64,000 nt of DNA from an uncultured Verrucomicrobiae bacterium. GTDB taxonomy: Bacteria > Verrucomicrobiota > Verrucomicrobiia > Chthoniobacterales > JAATET01. Made by a program: the position numbers and the translations under genes. The stretch spans positions 64,001 to 128,000 of the forward strand of contig CAVRCI010000003.1 of assembly GCA_963719495.1 (NCBI GenBank), written 5' to 3'. Below, one piece after another: positions 1-7,817 of the stretch. How positions within the stretch are numbered: the first letter of the stretch is position 1; every line of letters starts with the position of its first letter. The notes beneath the pieces are model-generated. The model had not been told where the DNA came from. It ran no database searches and was given only the letters and a program-made list of their open reading frames with translations.

Positions 1-2
1 AC

Positions 3-1094
3 GAGGGCGACCTCCTCGCCCGGGCCGGAGTGAGTCACACGGTCGGACGCGAGTCGAACGCGACCCACGGCGAGACGTGGAATGGCTCGCAAGTGATGGA
101 GCACCATCAGTTCGATCTTCCGGTCGATCCCTACCGCGTCGAGGGCGACCCGGACAGCGGCCTGCTGCCCGGCATTGACGCCGAACCCCACGTCGCCGGA
201 GCGGGCGACACCCGCGTGCAGGCCTACAATTTCCGCCTCTGCCTCACCGACGACGATGCCAACCGCATCCCGTTCACCGAACCAGCCGACTACCGCCGGG
301 AGGATTACGAACTCCTCGCGCGCTACTGCCGGGCGGGCCACGTGCCGCAATTCGCCAAATTCGACCGCCTCGTCAACGGCAAGGCCGACACGAACAACCA
401 CGGCGCGGTCTCGACGGATTTCATCGGCGCGAATCACGCGTTCCCCACCGCCGACTACGCCGAGCGCGAGCACATCTTTCAGGCGCACGTCGCGTGGACG
501 CTCGGGCTGCTGTGGTTCTGGACCAGCGACCCCGCGGTGCCGGCGGCCTTTCAGGAACCCTTCCGCCGCTGGGGCTGGTGCCGGGACGAATTCGTCGCGA
601 CCGGCGGGTTTTCCCACGCGCTCTACGTCCGCGAAGCGCGCCGTCTCGTCGGCGACGTCGTCATGACCGAGCACCACTGCACCGGTGCGGAGACGGTCGA
701 CGACGCCATCGCGCTCGCCGCCTACACGATGGATTCCCACAATTGCCGCCGCGTCGTCGTCGACGGCGTCGTGCGCAACGAAGGCAACGTCGAAGTCGCC
801 TCCGGTCCTCCCTACCCGATTTCCTACCGCGCCATCGTCCCGAAACGCGGCGAGTGCGGCAACCTGCTCATTCCCTTCTGCCTCTCGGCTTCCCACATCG
901 CCTTCGGCTCCATCCGCATGGAACCCGTCTTCATGATCCTCGCCGAATCCGCCGTCGAGGCCGCCGCCCTCGCGCTCGAACACGACGTCGCGGTGCAGTC
1001 CGTCCCCTACCCCACGCTCCGCGAGCGCCTCCTGACTGCGGGCCAAATCCTCGACGCCGTCCCCGACGTCAAGGACCGCCAATCCGGCGAATAA
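3..1094 (+). CDS. FAD-dependent oxidoreductase (FAD_oxidored family), 5'-truncated by window edge
   Basis: The frame is open from base 3 (EGDLLARAGVSHTVGRE). It has the family motifs QAYNFRLCLT, LYVREARRLVG, YTMDSHN, PYPISYRAIVPK and SASHIAFGSIRMEPVFM. Confidence 0.85.
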   Translation, partial: EGDLLARAGVSHTVGRESNATHGETWNGSQVMEHHQFDLPVDPYRVEGDPDSGLLPGIDAEPHVAGAGDTRVQAYNFRLCLTDDDANRIPFTEPADYRREDYELLARYCRAGHVPQFAKFDRLVNGKADTNNHGAVSTDFIGANHAFPTADYAEREHIFQAHVAWTLGLLWFWTSDPAVPAAFQEPFRRWGWCRDEFVATGGFSHALYVREARRLVGDVVMTEHHCTGAETVDDAIALAAYTMDSHNCRRVVVDGVVRNEGNVEVASGPPYPISYRAIVPKRGECGNLLIPFCLSASHIAFGSIRMEPVFMILAESAVEAAALALEHDVAVQSVPYPTLRERLLTAGQILDAVPDVKDRQSGE

Positions 1095-1158
1095 TTGATC
1101 ACCCCATCTTTGCGCTCTCTGCGTTCTCTCGCGGCAAAATCGATCCCGCACCCCGCAA

Positions 1159-1170
1159 TCTACGCGTAAA
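1159..1170. promoter_or_regulatory. Putative shared operator (TCTACGCGTAAA, reverse complement of TTTACGCGTAGA)
   Basis: Near-palindrome about 70 bp upstream of the symporter start. The identical 12-mer occurs at 19721 and 26721. Confidence 0.65.
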
Positions 1171-1241
1171 CCCACCGCCCCACGCTCCCCGCCTTTACGC
1201 GCCCCGCCCGCGCCTCCACGATACCGCCCCACCCCAGCACC

Positions 1242-3434
1242 ATGACCAGCCTCACCCTCCTCGGCCTCCCCCTGCTCGATATCATCGTGATCATCGCCTA
1301 CTTCGCGGTCGTCGTGTGGATCGGCTTCCGCGCCATGCGGCACGTCCACACCTCCGAGGATTACTTCCTGGCGGGCCGAAAATTCGGGAAGACGATCCAG
1401 ACCTTCGCCGCCTTCGGTCAGGGCACGAGCGCGGAGTCCGCCGTCGGCACCACCACGATGGTCAGCACCAACGGCGCCGCCGGCATCGGCTTCGGACTCG
1501 TGAGCGGCATCGTCGCCATGCCCGTCTTCTGGATGACCACGATGTGGTATCGCCGGCTGCGCTACCTGAGCCTCGCGGAGTTTTTCAACGAGCGCTACGG
1601 CTCGCGCGCGATGGCCGGATTCTACGCGCTCACGCAGACGTTCATGTTCATGATCATGGCCGCCGTCGGCTTCACGGCCATGAGCAAGACCATCGCCGCC
1701 ATCGCCGAGAAACCCGTCGCCGCCCTCTCCCAGGCCGAAACCGCCGAACGCGCCCTCGCGCTCGAATACCAAACCCTGCGCGACACCGATTACCGCCTGC
1801 TCTCCGCACCCGAACGCGAGCGTCTGGACGATCTCGCCGAGGCCGCCCCGGCGCGCAACTTTTCCTACGTCAACCGCACCTGGCTCACCGTCTGTCTCGC
1901 CGTCATCGTCCTGCTCTACGCCGTCACCGGCGGCCTCGAAGCCGCGTTCCTGACGGACATGATCCAGGGCATTTTCATCATCCTGCTCACCCTCATGCTC
2001 ATTCCCTTCGCGATGGCGAAGATCAACGTGATGTACGACGTCACCGGCGTCCTCGGGACGTTCCAGGCCTTCCACGCCAACCTGCCCGAGGCCTTTTTCA
2101 AGGTGCTCGGCTCGCCGAACGTGCCGCAGTTCACCTGGTATTTCATTTTCGCCTACGGCCTGCTCTTCGTCGCGAACACCGGCGTCCAAGCCAACCAACT
2201 CACCGCCGCCGGCTCGGCCAAGGACGACGAGACCGCGCGCTTCGGCTTCCTGAGCGGCATTTTCATCAAACGCTATTGCACGGTCATCTGGGGATTCATC
2301 GCGATGATGACGCTCCTCCTCTACGGCAACAAAGTCTCCGATCCCGACTACGTGTGGGGAATGGCCACCCGCGAACTCCTCCCGACCGGCCTCGTCGGTC
2401 TCATGATCGCCTGCCTCATGGCCGCGCTCATGTCCACGGCGGACGCGCTCATGCTGACCGTCTCCTCCCTGCTGACCAACAGCGTTTACCGCCCGCTCGT
2501 TCCGGGAAAAACCGAGAGCCACTACGTGCTCGCGGGCCGCATTTTCTGTCTCGCCTACATCGTCGGCGGCGTCGCCATCGCGTTCGCCCTCGACGACATT
2601 CTCACGCTCCTTCTCTTCATGATCGGGTTCAATTCCATCATCGCGGCCACCTTCTGGCTGGGCATGATCTGGCGTCGGGCCACGCGCACCGCCGCGTGGG
2701 TCTCCATCGGCATCACGTTTCTCTTCACACTCGCGCTCCCGATCCTGGTCCCGCTCATCCCCGGCGTCCGCTCGAATCCCGACCTCGCCCGCAAAACCGA
2801 AGGCTACGCCATCGAGCGCACCTACACCGCCAAGGCGCTCGACGTCACGCGCCGCGCCGAGGAGATCGCCGTCTGGGACGCGCTCGCCGCCCGCGGCGAA
2901 TCCGACGGCACGCGCCCCGCGCCACTCGTCGAGGGCGAGTCGTTCCAACGCAGCGACTACGTGGCACCGCAGAGCATCTTCTGGCAGACCGGCGTCACCC
3001 GCGACGACGCGGGCAACCCGGTGGGCGGGGGCCTGCTCAAGGTCGAACTCCTCGCCGCCCAGTGGCTCGGCTTCGACCTCACCCGCCACCGCCAATCGCT
3101 CAACGAAACCCTCGCCGCCCTCCTCCGCATCGCCATCCCCTTCGGCGTCATCCTCGTCGTTTCGCTCTTCACCACCCGCGAAGACACCCGCCGCCTCGAC
3201 TTCTTCTACGCCCGCCTGCGCACCCCCGCCTACGCCGACCACGCCGCCGACGACATCGAAGTCGAACGCGTCCGTGCCAATCCCGCGCTGCGCGACGACC
3301 TGAAGCTGTTCCCGGGATCGGACTGGGAATTCCGCAAATGGCACCGCGCCGACTGGATCGGTCAGGCCTGGGTCTGCGCCGGTGCCGCCGGTCTCTTCGT
3401 CCTGCTCTACCTCCTCGTCACGGTCGGAAGATGA
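1242..3434 (+). CDS. Sodium:solute symporter family transporter
   Basis: Multiple TM helices with SSS motifs EDYFLAGRKFG, EFFNERYG, GGLEAAFLTD and GLVGLMIACLMAALMST. Confidence 0.9.
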   Translation: MTSLTLLGLPLLDIIVIIAYFAVVVWIGFRAMRHVHTSEDYFLAGRKFGKTIQTFAAFGQGTSAESAVGTTTMVSTNGAAGIGFGLVSGIVAMPVFWMTTMWYRRLRYLSLAEFFNERYGSRAMAGFYALTQTFMFMIMAAVGFTAMSKTIAAIAEKPVAALSQAETAERALALEYQTLRDTDYRLLSAPERERLDDLAEAAPARNFSYVNRTWLTVCLAVIVLLYAVTGGLEAAFLTDMIQGIFIILLTLMLIPFAMAKINVMYDVTGVLGTFQAFHANLPEAFFKVLGSPNVPQFTWYFIFAYGLLFVANTGVQANQLTAAGSAKDDETARFGFLSGIFIKRYCTVIWGFIAMMTLLLYGNKVSDPDYVWGMATRELLPTGLVGLMIACLMAALMSTADALMLTVSSLLTNSVYRPLVPGKTESHYVLAGRIFCLAYIVGGVAIAFALDDILTLLLFMIGFNSIIAATFWLGMIWRRATRTAAWVSIGITFLFTLALPILVPLIPGVRSNPDLARKTEGYAIERTYTAKALDVTRRAEEIAVWDALAARGESDGTRPAPLVEGESFQRSDYVAPQSIFWQTGVTRDDAGNPVGGGLLKVELLAAQWLGFDLTRHRQSLNETLAALLRIAIPFGVILVVSLFTTREDTRRLDFFYARLRTPAYADHAADDIEVERVRANPALRDDLKLFPGSDWEFRKWHRADWIGQAWVCAGAAGLFVLLYLLVTVGR

Positions 3435-4774
3435 GATCCCAACGCAACCCCGTCCTCACGTCCGTCGTTCTCGCCTCTCTTCTGACCGCCCCCCTCGCCG
3501 TGAGCGCCCCGCCGCCCGAACCCCAATCCGATCCCGGCATCACCGACGAGTCGCTCGTTCCCGATTACACCCTCCCCGACCCGCTCGTCCTCGCCGACGG
3601 CACCCGCGTCCGCGACGCCGAATCGTGGCGCACGCAACGCCGCCCGGAGATTCTGCGCCTCTTCGAGACGCACGTTTACGGGCGCACGCCCACGCGCAAG
3701 TTGGACTCGACGGTCAGCGAGACCACGTCGCTCGACGAGCACACCCTCGGCGGCATCGCGACGCGCCGGGAAGTCACCGTGCGCTTCACCGACGAACCCG
3801 ACGGCCCCCGGATGAACCTCCTCATCTACACACCCAACGCCGCAGCCGGACCGGTGCCCGCCTTCCTCGGCCTCAATTTCGACGGTAACCAGACCACCCA
3901 GACCGATCCCGACATCGCCCTCCCGACCGCCTGGCTGCGCGATAATCCTGAGAAGGGAATCGTCGACCACCGGGCGACCGAGGCCTCCCGCGGCATCAAG
4001 ACCGAACGCTGGCCCGCCGAAGCGATCCTCCGTCGCGGCTACGCGCTCGTCACCATCTACTGCGGGGACTTCGACCCCGACCGCGACGATTTCTCCGACG
4101 GCGTCCACCCCCTCTTCTACGCCCCCGGCCAGACGCGCCCCGCGGCGGACGAATGGGGCACCCTCGGCGCGTGGGCCTGGGGCCTGAGCCGCGCCCTCGA
4201 TTACCTCGGGACCGACCCCGCCATCGACGCCACCCGCGTCGCCGTCGTCGGACACTCCCGCCTCGGCAAGGCCGCGCTCTGGGCGGGTGTCCAGGACGAA
4301 CGCTTCGCACTCGTCATCTCGAACGACTCCGGTTGCGGCGGAGCCGCCCTCAGCCGCCGCCGCTTCGGCGAGACGGTCGCCGTGATCAATCGCAAATTCC
4401 CCCACTGGTTCTGCGCCAATTTCAAAAACTACAACGACAACGAAGCCGCCCTCCCCGTCGATCAGCACCAACTCATTGCCCTCATCGCCCCCCGCCCCGC
4501 CTACGTCGCCAGCGCGGCCAACGATCTCTACGCCGACCCGACGGGCGAATTCCTCGCCGCCCGCCACGCCGATCCTGTCTATGCCCTTTTCGACCGAACC
4601 GGCGTCGGCGTCGACGCCCCCCCGCCCGTCGACCAACCCGTCGGCGACACCATCGGCTACCACCGCCGCACCGGTGACCACGACATCACCGGCACCGACT
4701 GGGACCACTTTCTCGATTTCGCCGACCGGCACCTCGCTCCGAAAATTCAAGTCAGACAGGATTTACAGGATTAA
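3431..4774 (+). CDS. CE15-like glucuronoyl/acetylxylan esterase with signal peptide
   Basis: The ATG overlaps the symporter stop. Motifs include YTLPDPL, WAWGLSRALDYL, the nucleophile motif GHSRLGK, SGCGG and LPVDQHQLIALIAPRP. Confidence 0.85.
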   Translation: MRSQRNPVLTSVVLASLLTAPLAVSAPPPEPQSDPGITDESLVPDYTLPDPLVLADGTRVRDAESWRTQRRPEILRLFETHVYGRTPTRKLDSTVSETTSLDEHTLGGIATRREVTVRFTDEPDGPRMNLLIYTPNAAAGPVPAFLGLNFDGNQTTQTDPDIALPTAWLRDNPEKGIVDHRATEASRGIKTERWPAEAILRRGYALVTIYCGDFDPDRDDFSDGVHPLFYAPGQTRPAADEWGTLGAWAWGLSRALDYLGTDPAIDATRVAVVGHSRLGKAALWAGVQDERFALVISNDSGCGGAALSRRRFGETVAVINRKFPHWFCANFKNYNDNEAALPVDQHQLIALIAPRPAYVASAANDLYADPTGEFLAARHADPVYALFDRTGVGVDAPPPVDQPVGDTIGYHRRTGDHDITGTDWDHFLDFADRHLAPKIQVRQDLQD

Positions 4775-4848
4775 CAGGATGGTGAGAAATGACCGAGGCG
4801 GGAGACATGGTGGAAATTCAAATCCTGAAAATCCTGTTAATCCTGTCT
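4754..4848. repeat. ACAGGAT-type inverted repeat element (REP-like hairpin)
   Basis: AGACAGGATTTACAGGATTAACAGGAT (4754-4780) pairs with ATCCTGAAAATCCTGTTAATCCTGTCT (4822-4848). Confidence 0.8.
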
Positions 4849-4865
4849 TATTCACACCTCCCCGT

Positions 4866-6164
4866 ATGACAGACCTCGCCCAATCGCTCGCCGCCGCCGC
4901 GACCAATCCCGCCCAGACAACCGCCCTCCTCCAGGCCGCCATCGACGCCGCCGCCTCCACCGCCGGCGTCGTCACCGTCCCGCCGGGCCGTCACGTCATT
5001 CGCACCCTCTTCCTCCGCAACGGCGTCACGCTCGAACTCGCGCTCGGCGCCACCCTGCTCCCCGACACCGACCTCGACGCCTATCCGGTTCTCCAAGCCG
5101 GACACAACCAGGACCGCCAACCTTTCCACCTCCTCGTCGCCGACGGCATCGAGGACTTCGTCATTCGCGGCCCCGGCACCATCGACGGCTGCGGAATGAG
5201 TTTTTGGGATGAACCTCTCCCCGGCAGCCCATGGTATCGCGCCAAAACCCGCCGGATCAGCCCGCTCGTCGAAATCCGCAACTGCCGCAACGTCCGCCTC
5301 GAGAATTTCGCCATCCGCGACAGCCCCGGCTGGACCGTCCACTGCCTCGACTGCGACCACGTGCGCATCGAGGGCCTCGTCATCGACAACCACCTCTATG
5401 GCCCCAACACCGACGGCCTCGACATCAACGGCTGCCGCCACGTCTTTATCTCGAACTGCCGCATCCACGGCTGCGACGACAACATCATCCTCAAAGCCAC
5501 CGCCGACGCGCGCTCCTGCGAGCACATCGTCGTCACCAACTGCATCCTCGAATCGACCTGCGCCGCCCTCGGCCTCGGCGCCGAGACCCGGTCCTCCATC
5601 CGCCACGTCGCCATCAGCAACTGCACCGTCCTCAACAGCATCCGCATGATCCAGATCATCATGTGGGACGGCGGCACCGTCGAAAACGTCGTTATCTCCA
5701 ACGTCACCGGACGAGCCATGACCACCATCGGCACCGACCGCGCCATCCACCTCGACATCCAGCAGCACCACGGCGAAAACCCCGAACTTGGGACGATGCG
5801 CAACGTCCAGATCAGCAACGTCGTCTGCGAGACCCGCGGCCGCATCCTCCTCACCGCCCAGGACGGCGCGTTTCTCGAAAACATCACCCTCCGCGACGTC
5901 CGCCTCATCTATCCCGAAGTCGAAGACCCCACCCGCACCGTCGCCGCCAGCACCAGTCAGCAACTATCGAACTTCTCCCCCGAAGCCCGCCTCGCCCGCG
6001 CCGCCGTCGTCGCCGACAACGTGAAAAACCTCGTCCTCGCCCACGTCGCCGCCACCTGGCCGCAGGATCGCTCCAAAATCGAGACCCCCATGCGCGGCCT
6101 CTGGACCCGCAACGTCCCCGGCGCCATCATCGACTGCCCCCACCTCGCCCCCAGCGACGGGTAG
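4866..6164 (+). CDS. GH28-like right-handed beta-helix glycoside hydrolase
   Basis: Motifs LQAAIDAA, G-TIDG-G, SPGWTVH, PNTDGLDINGC and DDNIILK (GH28 NTDG and DD motifs). Confidence 0.85.
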   Translation: MTDLAQSLAAAATNPAQTTALLQAAIDAAASTAGVVTVPPGRHVIRTLFLRNGVTLELALGATLLPDTDLDAYPVLQAGHNQDRQPFHLLVADGIEDFVIRGPGTIDGCGMSFWDEPLPGSPWYRAKTRRISPLVEIRNCRNVRLENFAIRDSPGWTVHCLDCDHVRIEGLVIDNHLYGPNTDGLDINGCRHVFISNCRIHGCDDNIILKATADARSCEHIVVTNCILESTCAALGLGAETRSSIRHVAISNCTVLNSIRMIQIIMWDGGTVENVVISNVTGRAMTTIGTDRAIHLDIQQHHGENPELGTMRNVQISNVVCETRGRILLTAQDGAFLENITLRDVRLIYPEVEDPTRTVAASTSQQLSNFSPEARLARAAVVADNVKNLVLAHVAATWPQDRSKIETPMRGLWTRNVPGAIIDCPHLAPSDG

Positions 6165-6188
6165 GGCGCGAAATCCTTTCGCGCCCAC
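6161..6188 (+). repeat. GTAG-type REP hairpin overlapping the GH28 stop codon
   Basis: GTAGGGCGCGAAATCCTTTCGCGCCCAC: a GTAG tetranucleotide overlapping a perfect GGGCGCGAAA/TTTCGCGCCC stem. Confidence 0.7.
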
Positions 6189-6298
6189 TTCTTCTCCCAA
6201 GAGTTGCCATTCGCGGCGACCGCCCAAGCGTCAGCAAAGCGGCACGGATCGCAGATACCGTTGATCACGGACAATAGGTCTGGACCCATCGGCAAGAT

Positions 6299-6872
6299 CA
6301 GAACTCCTGACATACGCTTGGAGGACCGAAGGCAGAAACGAAAAAGAAATGGCGGTATTTTTTGGAATTTGAAGACAATCGAGAGGCTTGCCTCTCTGAA
6401 TCTCTCGATTTTCAGAGCGCGATCCGGCGCGAAGAACCGTCAGCCGACTGGAGGGGTATGTTAGGAGTTCTGAACTCCAATCTGGCAAACAGTAGGCTCG
6501 CCACGCCACCCCCTCATCTCCCGATAAAATGATGCGGCCGCTACATTTTATTGGGGAATCCGCTGTGACGTGGCGACACGAAAAACGGTGCGCTGGCCCG
6601 GGGGGTGCGGTCCTGTCGAAGTTCTCCGCGGCTCGAGCAATTTCCTTCGCGATGGCCCCGCTTCTCGTGCGCCCCTGCGAGCTGGATTTCCCGCCAAGAG
6701 CCGCGCCTCGCCTCTCACTTCCAACTTCAATCGGGCGAACCGTAGGCTCGCAGCGCCATCCGCTGATCTCCCGATAAAATGATGCGACCGCTACATTTTA
6801 TCGGGAATCCGTTGCGACACGAAGACACGAAAACCGCCAGCCAACAGGTGGAGGGGTATGTCAGGAGTTCTG
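6299..6872. mobile_element. Non-autonomous IS-derived element (MITE) with 17-bp terminal IRs and a 5-bp target duplication
   Basis: IRL CAGAACTCCTGACATAC (6299-6315) and IRR GTATGTCAGGAGTTCTG (6856-6872). AAGAT is duplicated at 6294-6298 and 6873-6877. A second IRR copy lies at 6456-6472. No transposase ORF. Confidence 0.8.
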
Positions 6873-7010
6873 AAGATGCCGATGCCACGTAGCACTGGCT
6901 TCCAGCCGATGGACAGCTCACTTCCGATAGCTGGCATGGCTCCCCTGACTGCGACGTCTCGCAAGCATCCGCCCCCGCCACGTTTTACCGCGCGCCACCC
7001 CACCGAAAAT

Positions 7011-7038
7011 GGGCGGGCAGGAGACTGGCCCGCCCTAC
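7011..7038 (-). repeat. GTAG-type REP hairpin
   Basis: The minus strand reads GTAGGGCGGGCCAGTCTCCTGCCCGCCC. Confidence 0.65.
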
Positions 7039-7045
7039 CGTTGCG

Positions 7046-7187
7046 CTACGGACGAAAGCTCCGCGTCGTGCCGTTGAGCGGATCGACCTGGAGGGCGGCG
7101 AAGTTGGGCGGCAATGGCTCTGTCGAACGCTCGGCGGCGAGCGTGACGTGCCAGCTCTGACCCAGATCAAGATCGGTCGAGCCAGTC
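7046..7187 (-). pseudogene. Orphan 3' end of a second Verru_Chthon cassette protein D gene
   Basis: Translates as TGSTDLDLGQSWHVTLAAERSTEPLPPNFAALQVDPLNGTTRSFRP*, paralleling the C-terminus of the intact D (…FLTLVPE…LPPNFAVVAIEPINARPTVFRP*). Confidence 0.8.
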
Positions 7188-7812
7188 AGGGACGAAACAC
7201 CGTCGGGCGGGCGTTGATTGGCTCGATCGCCACCACTGCGAAATTCGGCGGCAACCCGGTAACGACCCCGTCCGTTCGCGGATCGGCTTCGGGCACCAAC
7301 GTGAGAAATGCCCTGTTCGACGGTGCAACCAGGCTGCCCGCCGGAGTGAAGAGCACCTCGGAATACTTCACCGATCCGCGGGGCTTGGCTTCGGTGAGGT
7401 TGTTGTAGATGTCCAGCAAGGCGGAAAATTTTGCATCGCTCTTCACGGCCACGCCCGTCGGCAGGCGACGCTCGGGATTCACGGGTTTCCAGGAGGCGGC
7501 TACCGTCGGGTCGGAACTGCTGCTCGGCTTGTCCCAAATCTGGTAACTGCTGAAAATTTCACCGCCGGTCTCATCGCGGTAGAAACGGATCGCGACTTGC
7601 CGGTTGAAGGTGCTCGCCCGTTGGTGCGCGAGGCTGACCGCGGCGGAAATTTCCTCCGAAGCCCCCGTCATGTTGATTCCCTCGGAAAGCCCGCGAATCG
7701 CGGGCACCAAGAGCGTCATCAGAATGGCGATGATCACCATCACCACCAGAAGCTCGATCAGCGAGAAGGCCGAGCGCCTGGGATTGCCCATCGGAGAAAG
7801 GAAGCCACTCAT
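7186..7812 (-). CDS. Verru_Chthon cassette protein D (prepilin-type, GspH/FimT-like)
   Basis: Class III signal AFSLIELLVVMVII, then NRQVAIRF and a C-terminal PPNF…FRP. Confidence 0.85.
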   Translation of the reverse strand: MSGFLSPMGNPRRSAFSLIELLVVMVIIAILMTLLVPAIRGLSEGINMTGASEEISAAVSLAHQRASTFNRQVAIRFYRDETGGEIFSSYQIWDKPSSSSDPTVAASWKPVNPERRLPTGVAVKSDAKFSALLDIYNNLTEAKPRGSVKYSEVLFTPAGSLVAPSNRAFLTLVPEADPRTDGVVTGLPPNFAVVAIEPINARPTVFRP

Positions 7813-7817
7813 GTTGT

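Noticed and set aside
494..3430. 1426-aa ORF 494..4774 and other long Arg/Pro-rich or antisense ORFs (e.g. 16339..19731, 23371..26529, 37672..39795, 44963..47134)
   Set aside because: These are shadow ORFs of high-GC codon bias overlapping genes with clear family motifs. Only 3431-4774 of the first ORF is a real gene.
6474..6833. Possible mini-CRISPR (two palindromic repeats)
   Set aside because: Only two copies of about 110 bp, 250 bp apart, inside an IR/TSD-bounded element.
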